DNA of 64,000 nt from Candidatus Falkowbacteria bacterium HGW-Falkowbacteria-1 (GTDB lineage: Bacteria; Patescibacteriota; Patescibacteriia; Patescibacteriales; UBA12465): the NCBI GenBank assembly GCA_002840305.1, contig PHAI01000002.1, positions 74,707 through 138,706 of the forward strand, read 5' to 3'. A program made the position numbers and the translations under genes. Positions 27,291-35,571 of the stretch are shown here, in pieces (the stretch's first letter is position 1; every line of letters starts with the position of its first letter). The notes under the pieces were generated by a model that did no database searches, was not told the DNA's origin, and was given only the letters and a program-made list of their open reading frames with translations.

Positions 27291-28100
27291 TTATTTTAAA
27301 GAAACTTTTTCTATCTTCAATATCTTTCTTTCTAGAAAAAACTCACCTAATTCTTTAAATTTTTCAATATTATCAGTCGTATAAAACTTATAAACTGCTT
27401 TGTCGTTTTTTTCTATTCCCAATTCTGGATGTCGATTTAAATAATCAAAAAATCTATCACTGATTATTTTTTCGGTATCAAAAACTAAACATTTCCTACC
27501 CATTATTTTTTTTATATCTTTGAGTAAAAATGGATAATGAGTGCAAGCCAAGACCAAAGCCTCTACCTGTTTCATCTTAAAAAACCTCAAATATTTTTTA
27601 AGAATCATTTTGGTTTCTGGTTTTTTAAGCCAATTCTCTTCAATCAAAGGAACTAACAGCGGGGTCGCTTTTTGCAGTATTTCCAGATTACTATTTAGTG
27701 CACTTATTTCTTCTTGATAAATATTAGAATTAATAGTTGCTTTAGTGCCAATTATACCAACTTTCTTTATTTTTTTATGACTTACCACTTCTTCGGCTAT
27801 TGGCCTGATGACACCTAGCACTTTTAAATTTGGATACTTAGTGGGTAAATATTCTTGTTGTATTTTTCTTAATGCTTGAGCGGAGGCGCTATTACAAGCA
27901 ATTATTATTAATTTACATCCTTGTTCATGTAAAAAATCTATAGCTTTTGTACTATAGCCATAAATAATATCCGAAGATTTGTTACCATAAGGGACGTTGG
28001 CATTATCGCCCAAATATATATAATCATAATTAGGATGGTCTTTTAAAAAACCTTTCAAAACAGTTAAGCCTCCCACCCCCGAGTCAAATACACCAATCAT
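27291..28100 (-). CDS. murI: Glutamate racemase
   Basis: The motifs IGVFDSGVGGLTV, IIACNSAS and LACTHYP contain the two catalytic Cys boxes. Confidence 0.92.
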   Translation of the reverse strand: MIGVFDSGVGGLTVLKGFLKDHPNYDYIYLGDNANVPYGNKSSDIIYGYSTKAIDFLHEQGCKLIIIACNSASAQALRKIQQEYLPTKYPNLKVLGVIRPIAEEVVSHKKIKKVGIIGTKATINSNIYQEEISALNSNLEILQKATPLLVPLIEENWLKKPETKMILKKYLRFFKMKQVEALVLACTHYPFLLKDIKKIMGRKCLVFDTEKIISDRFFDYLNRHPELGIEKNDKAVYKFYTTDNIEKFKELGEFFLERKILKIEKVSLK

Positions 28101-28150
28101 AAAAAAACCAAAATTTATCCTTTAATAAAAAAGACAAACTTTTTAAAATA

Positions 28151-28930
28151 TTACTTAGATTTTTCAATTTTGTAATTTATAGAAACATCAACTAAAACTT
28201 CATAAGAGCCACTGTTCACCGAAGGATTTCCACCGCCACCCATTCCTCCATAAGAATAATCATAGTAAGGATAAGGGTTTGTAACATTTTCCCACCAACC
28301 AACAATATCACCAAGCGACACTCCTACTGATTCGGAAAGTGATTGAGCTTTGTTTTTGGCATCCTTTATGGCTAAAAGGCGAGCGTCTTGTTTTATTTTT
28401 TCAATTTCTGAACTTTCGAAATTAACACCAATAATTTGATTAGCCCCTGCTTTTGTTGCTTCGGAAATTATTTGATTTACCTTATTAAAACTTTTATCAA
28501 CATCATAAACCTTTACTACTATTTGTTGATTAGCATTGTATCCGGTCATTTTATTAACACCTTCTACGTAATCATAAAAAGGATAAAGAGAATAATTTTG
28601 ATTTTTTATGTCTTTTGAATCTACTCCCAAAACATTTAAACTGGCTATTATTTTATTCACTTTCCCGTTTAATGTGCCCAAAGCTTCTTCCGGTTGTTCA
28701 ACTTTGTCAACTTGAACCCCTATGGTTATATTAGCGATATTAGGTTCATAGGAAACCCTTCCCTGTCCATTAACCGAAACTTGATTCTGGATAGGATTCA
28801 CTATTCTATCTCTCAAAATAGATATAACCGCTACTCCAGACAAAGCCAAAATTAATACCAAAGCAATAACGAGCTTAAAACTCTTGTTTTGATGGCAAGA
28901 ACAATCTTTTGAATTTTTTTTCTCCTCCAT
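28151..28930 (-). CDS. SIMPL/DUF541 domain protein, membrane-anchored
   Basis: A TM anchor is followed by a pattern typical of 26-kDa periplasmic immunogenic protein-like SIMPL domains (ARLLAIKDAKNKAQSLSESVGVSLG). Confidence 0.7.
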   Translation of the reverse strand: MEEKKNSKDCSCHQNKSFKLVIALVLILALSGVAVISILRDRIVNPIQNQVSVNGQGRVSYEPNIANITIGVQVDKVEQPEEALGTLNGKVNKIIASLNVLGVDSKDIKNQNYSLYPFYDYVEGVNKMTGYNANQQIVVKVYDVDKSFNKVNQIISEATKAGANQIIGVNFESSEIEKIKQDARLLAIKDAKNKAQSLSESVGVSLGDIVGWWENVTNPYPYYDYSYGGMGGGGNPSVNSGSYEVLVDVSINYKIEKSK

Positions 28931-28971
28931 ATTTTTTTATTTGTTATCTTAAAAGTAAAAAAAATTATTTT

Positions 28972-29646
28972 TTAAGATAACTTAAAATTATTTATAACTA
29001 AAACAAAGTGACAATCTAAAAATTCAGCAGCCTTACGACAAAATATCATTCTTTCGTTAAATATTTCAAAGTATTCCATAACGCCTGTTATCTCCGTATC
29101 AATTGTCAATTTTAAAATAATCTCCTTTTTTTGTTTGTTAATTTTAAAAACAGAATCCATAACTGAATAATTAACACGATCGTGAATATCTTTTTTTATA
29201 TTTTCTGGAGTTTTATTTTTCACTCTATTTCTGTGAACATCTGATTTGTCGGCCAAAACCAATATCGCCCCAATTTTGTTTATAATTTCAAACTTATGTT
29301 CATCATGATTGGCTATGGCCTGCATGATTTCTAGTATATCACTTACGTCCTTGCTGTCTTTGTAATCATTAATAAAGAATTGAGAAAAAAGTATGGCGCC
29401 CGTATAACAGTGATCGGTTCTTTGCAAAAAATTGCCCATATCATGACAATAACCAGCTATAGCAGTTAATTCTTGCTCTCTTTCGCTAAGCCCAATGTTT
29501 TTTGCTAAACTCTTGGCTCGATCCGAAACCACATTAATATGACGGGGACCATGGTCTGTATAACCTAAATAATCAAGATATTGTTCCGTCTTTTTTATAC
29601 AGGCCTTTATCCCAGGATGATTTTTAACTTCATTTAAAGTTAGCAT
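28972..29646 (-). CDS. HD-domain phosphohydrolase
   Basis: H...HD metal-binding residues are present (HGPRHINVV, GYCHDMGN, ANHDEH). Confidence 0.75.
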   Translation of the reverse strand: MLTLNEVKNHPGIKACIKKTEQYLDYLGYTDHGPRHINVVSDRAKSLAKNIGLSEREQELTAIAGYCHDMGNFLQRTDHCYTGAILFSQFFINDYKDSKDVSDILEIMQAIANHDEHKFEIINKIGAILVLADKSDVHRNRVKNKTPENIKKDIHDRVNYSVMDSVFKINKQKKEIILKLTIDTEITGVMEYFEIFNERMIFCRKAAEFLDCHFVLVINNFKLS

Positions 29647-29660
29647 ATTTTTGTAATAAA

Positions 29661-30704
29661 TTAATTTTTTAACAAACCATGAGCAATACTTTCTTTAATT
29701 CCAGCGCCGGTAATAGATATAAAGTCGGCCTTTCCTTTTATTTTTTCAATACCATCAGCCCCCATATAGGTCATACCAGAAGCTAAGCCACCCAAAAGTT
29801 TGTTAACTATTGGAACAACTGAACCTTTATATTCAACGAGTGTCATTTCTCCCTCAACATGAACAACCTCTTCCTTTTTTACTCCGTCCAGGGCCATTTT
29901 CTTAACAGTGGCTAAATAACTAGCCATACCTCTATATTCTTTAAATTTCTTGCCATTTTTAATGATTATTTTTCCAGGGCTTTCTTCGGTTCCAGAAAAC
30001 AATGAACCAAGCATAACAGTATCAGCACCAGCTCCAATAGCCTTAACCAAGTCTCCTGATATTTTTATACCACCGTCAGCACAAATTGGAACCCTTCCTT
30101 GGCTAGCTTCATAAACGTCCATAATGGCTGTAATTTGAGGAACGCCAGCTCCAGCCATAATTCTAGTAGTACACATTGAGCCTGGTCCAATACCAACTTT
30201 TATGGCATCGGCCTTTTTGCTTATGAAATATTCAGCCGCATCTTTAGTTGCAATATTACCTACAATTATATCAATTTTTGGATATTCTTTTTTAATATAA
30301 TCCAAGGTTTTTCCAACTCTCTTAGAATGACCATGTGCAACATCTAAAACTAAAATATCGCAACCAACATTAACCAACGCCTTAACTCTTTCTTCATAAT
30401 CTTTAACGCCAATTGCTGCCGCTGTTAATAATTTTTCTTTTTTAACTTTTTGGACTTCCTTAATTTGATTAGACAGAGTCATAAACCTATGAATAACACC
30501 TAAACCTCCCAATTTACCAACTGTGATGGCCATTTTACTTTCACAAACCGTGTCCATGTTGGCCACCAACAAAGGAATGTCTAGATAATGATTTTTAGTT
30601 ACCTTAGTTCTAAAAGAAACATCTTTTCTGGAATTGACTCTATTATATTTTGGAACTATCAAAACATCATCGAAGGAGTAACCCTTCCCTATTATTCTGG
30701 CCAT
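29661..30704 (-). CDS. IMP dehydrogenase/GMP reductase family enzyme without a CBS pair
   Basis: The catalytic loop GIGPGSMCTTR is present, along with ANMDTV and GGLGVIHRF. Only a short linker sits where the Bateman (CBS) module lies in canonical GuaB. Length is 347 aa. Confidence 0.8.
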   Translation of the reverse strand: MARIIGKGYSFDDVLIVPKYNRVNSRKDVSFRTKVTKNHYLDIPLLVANMDTVCESKMAITVGKLGGLGVIHRFMTLSNQIKEVQKVKKEKLLTAAAIGVKDYEERVKALVNVGCDILVLDVAHGHSKRVGKTLDYIKKEYPKIDIIVGNIATKDAAEYFISKKADAIKVGIGPGSMCTTRIMAGAGVPQITAIMDVYEASQGRVPICADGGIKISGDLVKAIGAGADTVMLGSLFSGTEESPGKIIIKNGKKFKEYRGMASYLATVKKMALDGVKKEEVVHVEGEMTLVEYKGSVVPIVNKLLGGLASGMTYMGADGIEKIKGKADFISITGAGIKESIAHGLLKN

Positions 30705-30710
30705 ATTTTC

Positions 30711-31286
30711 TTAAATTAAATTAATTATTTTTAAAATTTTATTTCGGTGCTTGTCTAAATTTATTTTTTCAGGATCACCGGAAGAAGACCCAAACAAAAT
30801 TGTTTTTTTATTTTTAATACCACAAAAAGCAAGCATTCTTTTTAGTGTTTTAGTGGCTAAATTGCCTATAAAGAAATAATAAATATTGGGTCCGCCAGAA
30901 GTACATATCAAAAATGACTTTTTGCCCTTCAAAAGTTTATCAGGAAAATTACTACCATTTTTACTATATTTGAAAGCAAAACTTGGCAAAAATATTCTAT
31001 CAATAAAACCTTTTAAAATTGCCGGAAAGCTATACCACCACATCGGGAAAACAAAAACTAAACTATCGGCCCACAAAATATCTTCTTGAGCTTTCTTTAA
31101 ATCAGGCTCTAACTCTTTGACCTCTCTATATCCTTTTGACAAGTTAAGATCAAAATTTAAATCACCTAAATTTATTCGACGAAAATCATATTGTTTGTTT
31201 TTTATTTCTTCTTCAAAAACATTTGCCAGCCTACCATTTAAACTATTTTTATCCGGATGGCCCAATATTAACAAAACCTTTTTCAT
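30711..31286 (-). CDS. Flavodoxin-like NAD(P)H:quinone oxidoreductase (Flavodoxin_2 family)
   Basis: It shows MKKVLLILGHPDKNSLNGRLA and DSLVFVFPMWWYSFPAILKGFIDR. Confidence 0.75.
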   Translation of the reverse strand: MKKVLLILGHPDKNSLNGRLANVFEEEIKNKQYDFRRINLGDLNFDLNLSKGYREVKELEPDLKKAQEDILWADSLVFVFPMWWYSFPAILKGFIDRIFLPSFAFKYSKNGSNFPDKLLKGKKSFLICTSGGPNIYYFFIGNLATKTLKRMLAFCGIKNKKTILFGSSSGDPEKINLDKHRNKILKIINLI

Positions 31287-31290
31287 AAAA

Positions 31291-31776
31291 TTAATTTAAT
31301 AAATAAATACTATAGGCTAAATAAGTAGCGAAAGACACCCAAACAAAATAAGGAATAAACAAGATGGCTGAAATTTTATAACCTCGCCACAGCATTAAAA
31401 TCAAAATCAAATTTACTAAATTTAGAGCCATCATTTCAATAACCGACCAAAAAATTAAATGCCAACCAAAAAATAAAGTTGACCAAAAAATATTTAAAAA
31501 ACCATTCAAAACAAAAAGTGAAACAATTATTATAAAAAACAAATTCCGACGATTTGTTTTGGGATGATTAGAAAAAAGTAAAATTGAAATAGCTGATAAC
31601 AAAAAAATTATCGTCCAAACCAAACCAATAAATGAACCGTGTGGGGTAAAAATTGGCAAATTTAAAGTATCATACCAATCCATGTTTCCGCCAGTTATAT
31701 AACCACCAATCAAGGAAACAGAAAGAACGGCCAATGGAATACCTAAATAATTTAATTTTAAACCTCTAATTTTCAT
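31291..31776 (-). CDS. tspO: TspO/MBR family protein, full-length 5-TM form
   Basis: TM1 (LGIPLAVLSVSLIGGYI) precedes WYDTLNLPIFTPHGSFIGLVWTIIFLL. Length is 161 aa. Confidence 0.8.
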   Translation of the reverse strand: MKIRGLKLNYLGIPLAVLSVSLIGGYITGGNMDWYDTLNLPIFTPHGSFIGLVWTIIFLLSAISILLFSNHPKTNRRNLFFIIIVSLFVLNGFLNIFWSTLFFGWHLIFWSVIEMMALNLVNLILILMLWRGYKISAILFIPYFVWVSFATYLAYSIYLLN

Positions 31777-31834
31777 AGTATTGTTTAATTAATAATTATC
31801 CCTTATATTATAGCAGATAATCAAAAAAATAACA

Positions 31835-32314
31835 TTAAGCCGCTATTATACCGTCCACAATTTTCCCCAGAAAATAAGAAACCGTAATCACCACTACAGC
31901 AATAAATAAATGTTCGAAAACCACACTAAAATTTTTTCTCTCCTTTTCATTGCTTATCTTATAACTCAGCACTGACAACAAAATTACCCCCCAAACAACC
32001 GATATGATAGTGGAAATAAATAAATTAAAAAACATAAAAGGGATTAGAAAGCTAAGAGCAAAAATAGTCTTGGTTAAAAAAGTTGCTATAGTAGCTTCCC
32101 AAACTTGCTTGCGAGTATTTTCTTTATTGGCTTCTTCAGAAATATGAATACCCAAAGAATCAGAAAAGGCATCAGCAATGGCAATTATCAAAATACCACT
32201 GATAACAGCCAATTTTGAACCAGTACTAGAATTAAGACCCACCATTAAACCCAAGGTAGTTATAACGGCCGAAGTCAAACCAAAGCTTAGTCCTTTCTTT
32301 AATGATTTCTTCAT
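31835..32314 (-). CDS. VIT1/CCC1-like membrane protein (short form)
   Basis: GLSFGLTSAVITTLGLMVGL and IADAFSDSLGIH resemble the VIT family. The start overlaps the uvrC stop (ATGA). Confidence 0.5.
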   Translation of the reverse strand: MKKSLKKGLSFGLTSAVITTLGLMVGLNSSTGSKLAVISGILIIAIADAFSDSLGIHISEEANKENTRKQVWEATIATFLTKTIFALSFLIPFMFFNLFISTIISVVWGVILLSVLSYKISNEKERKNFSVVFEHLFIAVVVITVSYFLGKIVDGIIAA

Positions 32315-33465
32315 ATTTTTTGTGATCTTTTTCTAGCAGAGTTAGCAAAGCGATGAGCTTCGTCTCTGGCTTTGATTAAAATATTTTTAATTTTTAAAAC
32401 TTTTTTTTGAAATTCAATATCAAAATTAGATAGAAAAACTAATTCATCACCAGCAAATTTTGATAGACCTACTACGCTCTTTATTTTATATTTTTTAAAG
32501 ATTTTAGACAAGAAGTCAGTTTGGGGACGACCGCCATCTATTAAAATTAAATCTGGATATTCCCATTCTTTATGTTGCAAACGTCTACTTAGAACCTCGC
32601 TCAAAGCCCTTAAGTCATCGCTCAAAAATTCATTCTTTATCTTAAATAAACGATACTTAGCCTTTTCAGCTTCCCCCTCAAAATTAAAAACAACCATTGA
32701 ACCATAAGCATTCTTTCCTGAAAAATGAGAAATATCATAAGCCTCAATTCTGCCAAAATTTGTTTCAACTATGTTATGATCCCTCTCCAGGAGCGAAACA
32801 TCTTGTAAATGTTTCAAAGACTTAGCTTGCAAAGGATTTTCTTTTAACAATTTTTTAAGCAAAAAATCTCTCTTCCCTCTCAACAACAAAATTATATTCT
32901 TAATATTTTTTTGATAATCTTTTTTGTTAATTAAGCCCAAACAAGACCCTGGACAAAGTTTCACCTGATAATCAAAACAGGCTTTGCCAGAATTAGCCTT
33001 ACAAGTTCCATAAGGAAATATTCGCCTAATTATTCTCAAAGCATTTTTAATTAAAGTTGAAGACTGATATGGTCCAAAAATATCATTTTCTTTTTCGGAA
33101 AATTTTTTTAAATCTTTCCCACGAACAATTAAAGGATAAGTAAAATCTTTTTTTGGAATAACAACGTAAACAAAAGAACGATCATCGCGATCCTTTATAT
33201 TATATTTTGGCCAATATTTTTTGATATACTTGGCCTCCAAAATAATTGCCTCTAGTAAGGTTTTAGTTTCGATAACTTTTATTTTTTTAGCCTGCGCAAC
33301 CATTTCCTTTATTCTCGAATCAACATTAGATAAAAAATACTGGCTCAGTCTATTCTTTAGACTAGTTGCTCGACCAACATATAAAACCCTCCCTCGACCA
33401 TCAAGCCAGAAATAAACACCAGAATTTTTGGAAATTTTCTTTATTGTATCTTTGAGTGTCTTCAT
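32311..33465 (-). CDS. uvrC: Excinuclease ABC subunit C, minimal form (384 aa)
   Basis: The GIY-YIG domain reads GVYFWLDGRGRVLYVGRATSLKNRLSQYF, followed by a Cys cluster CFDYQVKLCPGSC. The endonuclease domain reads IEAYDISHFSG...LILIDGGRPQ...ARDEAHRFA. The protein ends right after that region, so no (HhH)2 tail is present. Confidence 0.85.
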   Translation of the reverse strand: MKTLKDTIKKISKNSGVYFWLDGRGRVLYVGRATSLKNRLSQYFLSNVDSRIKEMVAQAKKIKVIETKTLLEAIILEAKYIKKYWPKYNIKDRDDRSFVYVVIPKKDFTYPLIVRGKDLKKFSEKENDIFGPYQSSTLIKNALRIIRRIFPYGTCKANSGKACFDYQVKLCPGSCLGLINKKDYQKNIKNIILLLRGKRDFLLKKLLKENPLQAKSLKHLQDVSLLERDHNIVETNFGRIEAYDISHFSGKNAYGSMVVFNFEGEAEKAKYRLFKIKNEFLSDDLRALSEVLSRRLQHKEWEYPDLILIDGGRPQTDFLSKIFKKYKIKSVVGLSKFAGDELVFLSNFDIEFQKKVLKIKNILIKARDEAHRFANSARKRSQKI

Positions 33466-33501
33466 AATAAAATTATACCATTTAGAAAATCTTAACTCAA
33501 A

Positions 33502-33529
33502 TAAAAAAGCCGATGTTTTATCATCGGCT
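33502..33529 (-). terminator. Intrinsic terminator
   Basis: An 8-bp stem AGCCGATG/CATCGGCT with a 6-nt loop is followed on the minus strand by a T-run. Confidence 0.8.
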
Positions 33530-33543
33530 AGTAAAATTTTATA

Positions 33544-34101
33544 CTATTTCCATTTAACATAAACTTCCTGGCTCATATAAGTATTGTTAAGAACCAATAT
33601 CCCTTCTTTTAAGAGCAAAATTTCAGCATCAACATATGCGCCCATCGGTGTACCGTCATTAATTTTGACTCGAGCTTTTTCCTTTTTACATTGATCAGAA
33701 AGAGGAAAAGTTAAATGTTCCAATTGAAGCTGACCAACAATACCAATATTGTCATAACGTTGTGACTTCAAAGGAAAAACAACATAAGTAATATTGGATC
33801 TTACATACCAACTGCCTTCTGTTAATTCATTACCAAACGCATCCACAACTTTTACGTTGTTACTGTGGACCACCTTGATAATTTTAATAGCCATGAAGTC
33901 TTTTTGGATTTCCTTTTCCAATGAACAATCATCAGAAATTAAATCCCCAATGGTTAGCGCCTCCCTTTTATTCGACTGACAACTTGGATAAAACAGAAGG
34001 AAAGCAATAGATAGAAGCATTGCTCCCGCCAAAATTCTTCCCAAATAAACCTTACTACCATTTCTTGTAGAAATAACAATGTCTCTGAAGTATTTTCTCA
34101 T
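33544..34101 (-). CDS. N-terminally anchored or secreted small protein, hypothetical
   Basis: The 185-aa protein has a hydrophobic segment ILAGAMLLSIAFLLFYPSC. It has its own promoter and terminator. No family is recognised. Confidence 0.6.
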   Translation of the reverse strand: MRKYFRDIVISTRNGSKVYLGRILAGAMLLSIAFLLFYPSCQSNKREALTIGDLISDDCSLEKEIQKDFMAIKIIKVVHSNNVKVVDAFGNELTEGSWYVRSNITYVVFPLKSQRYDNIGIVGQLQLEHLTFPLSDQCKKEKARVKINDGTPMGAYVDAEILLLKEGILVLNNTYMSQEVYVKWK

Positions 34102-34112
34102 GACTAAACAAA

Positions 34113-34246
34113 TTTAGGTTAAACAATCAAATTAATTACAAAATTTACTTAAGGCTATCAAACAAACTCAATAATTAACTCGATTATTATTTTTCAAGGC
34201 ACTAATTTTGTTATTATAGCATACTTTAAATATTTTGTCAAATAAA
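34113..34246 (-). repeat. Copy A of a 134-bp direct repeat (promoter plus 5' leader)
   Basis: It aligns without gaps to 35423..35556 (offset 1310) with 7 mismatches. The promoter-proximal half is identical. Confidence 0.95.
34213..34241 (-). promoter_or_regulatory. Perfect consensus sigma70 promoter (copy A)
   Basis: The minus strand reads TTGACA-17 nt-TATAAT. The predicted leader is about 105 nt long before the ATG at 34101. Confidence 0.7.
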
Positions 34247-34274
34247 TTTTTGGCACTTTAAGGTCGTATTTCAA

Positions 34275-34301
34275 ATAAAAAACAGGCTTTATGGGCCTGT
34301 T
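34275..34301 (-). terminator. Intrinsic terminator
   Basis: The stem AACAGGC/GCCTGTT with a 7-nt loop is followed on the minus strand by TTTTTAT. Confidence 0.75.
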
Positions 34302-34313
34302 GTTGTTCTTAAT

Positions 34314-34781
34314 TTAAGAGAAAAGATGAAAAACAAGAAAAATAACGAAAATAATTACTAATCCAATTATTAAATATATAATCCTTGCCAGAAACCTTCC
34401 GGGGTCTCTTTTCTTAGCTTTACTAAGTTCATCAAAAAAAGCATCCATATCAATACCATCGCCCTCTTTTATTGTTATTTTATCATAAACTTTTTTATAT
34501 TCTTTTCTTATATTACCCTCTTTTTCTGCAACATCTTCAAATTTAAAAAGAAGAAAAATAAATATCATTGATGCGAAATGGATCAATAAAGACAAAAACA
34601 ACAAAACCAAAACAAAAGAAATTGAAAATTGCTTCGAGGCGAAATAAAAAGAAAACAACAATAAAACTAAATGAAAGGACCACCTTTTCGCTTCTTTCAA
34701 ATAAGCACACATCCAAATCATGGCGACTAAAATATTTATTCGTAGTCTACCCAAATAAAACAAAAAAACAGTTTCTCTCAT
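34314..34781 (-). CDS. Membrane protein, hypothetical
   Basis: The 155-aa protein has several TM segments, a charged loop (EDVAEKEGNIRKEYKK...) and a C-terminal TM. It is a monocistronic unit. Confidence 0.55.
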   Translation of the reverse strand: MRETVFLFYLGRLRINILVAMIWMCAYLKEAKRWSFHLVLLLFSFYFASKQFSISFVLVLLFLSLLIHFASMIFIFLLFKFEDVAEKEGNIRKEYKKVYDKITIKEGDGIDMDAFFDELSKAKKRDPGRFLARIIYLIIGLVIIFVIFLVFHLFS

Positions 34782-34942
34782 CTCATTATTTTTAAAAAGG
34801 TTAGATAATCGAATTACTCATTATTTTCTTTACCGTTTTTTTTGCTAATTAATTATTTTAAAGTTCTATTAAATCGATTAATTCTAACACAAAAAAATAA
34901 TCCTGTAAACACCAAATATTTCTAAGCAAAATTAATATAAAC

Positions 34943-34967
34943 AAAAAAGGCTGATTTGGTCAGCCTT
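34943..34967 (-). terminator. Intrinsic terminator
   Basis: An 8-bp stem AAGGCTGA/TCAGCCTT with a 5-nt loop is followed by a T-run on the minus strand. Confidence 0.8.
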
Positions 34968-34995
34968 GATAATTTATTTCACAATAAACGGATCG

Positions 34996-35412
34996 TTATA
35001 ATTGTTTGGCATTCCTAATACTTAAAATAGTGGCATTAAAAATAGCTTGCTCTGAAATGTTGTGCATAGTAAATGGCATTTCAAATGAAGTAGAAATACC
35101 TTCCGAGCGTGAAAATTCAATAATTTCTTTAGTCGACTCTTTCAAGGGATACATGCTAGAATCTCTAAAAAAATACCAACAATTTTTTTCTAGTTTTTTC
35201 CCAGAAAAATCCTTGGCGAGAGAGTCGATTAAAATCTCTTTAACCTGGAAAACAAAAAAATCATTTTTACCGGCAAATTCGGTTTTATTAAAAATTTCAT
35301 TAAACTCATTTTGACTCCCTACTGTCCTTTGTCTTGCAAAAAATACAACAACACAAAAAATCGAAGAAACAACAAATGCTGCTCTCCAAAAAAATAACCA
35401 TTTATTTTTCAT
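34996..35412 (-). CDS. N-terminally anchored small protein, hypothetical (weak paralog of 33544..34101)
   Basis: The ATG at 35412 (MKNKWLFFWRAAFVVSSIFCVVVFF...) is preferred over the TTG at 35436, which lies inside the shared leader repeat. It shows weak colinear similarity to the 185-aa protein (DF..K...F.G..L...WY.R....PLK.S). Confidence 0.6.
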   Translation of the reverse strand: MKNKWLFFWRAAFVVSSIFCVVVFFARQRTVGSQNEFNEIFNKTEFAGKNDFFVFQVKEILIDSLAKDFSGKKLEKNCWYFFRDSSMYPLKESTKEIIEFSRSEGISTSFEMPFTMHNISEQAIFNATILSIRNAKQL

Positions 35413-35422
35413 TTTGAAAGAT

Positions 35423-35556
35423 TTTAGGTTAAACAATCAAATTAATCACAAAATTTACTTAAGTCTATTAAATAAATTCAATGATTAATTCGATTATTAT
35501 TTTTCAAGGCACTAATTTTGTTATTATAGCATACTTTAAATATTTTGTCAAATAAA
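35423..35556 (-). repeat. Copy B of the 134-bp direct repeat (promoter plus 5' leader)
   Basis: See copy A; 127 of 134 positions are identical. Confidence 0.95.
35523..35551 (-). promoter_or_regulatory. Perfect consensus sigma70 promoter (copy B)
   Basis: The minus strand reads TTGACA-17 nt-TATAAT and is identical to copy A. Confidence 0.7.
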
Positions 35557-35571
35557 AACGACGGAAAACGA

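Noticed and set aside
34113-35556. Diversity-generating retroelement (TR/VR pair)
   Set aside because: Five of the 7 mismatches place A in copy B against a non-A base in copy A on the minus strand, which looks superficially like a DGR. However, the repeat is non-coding promoter and leader, six of the seven differences are ordinary transitions (one is a G/T transversion), and no reverse transcriptase is in the window.
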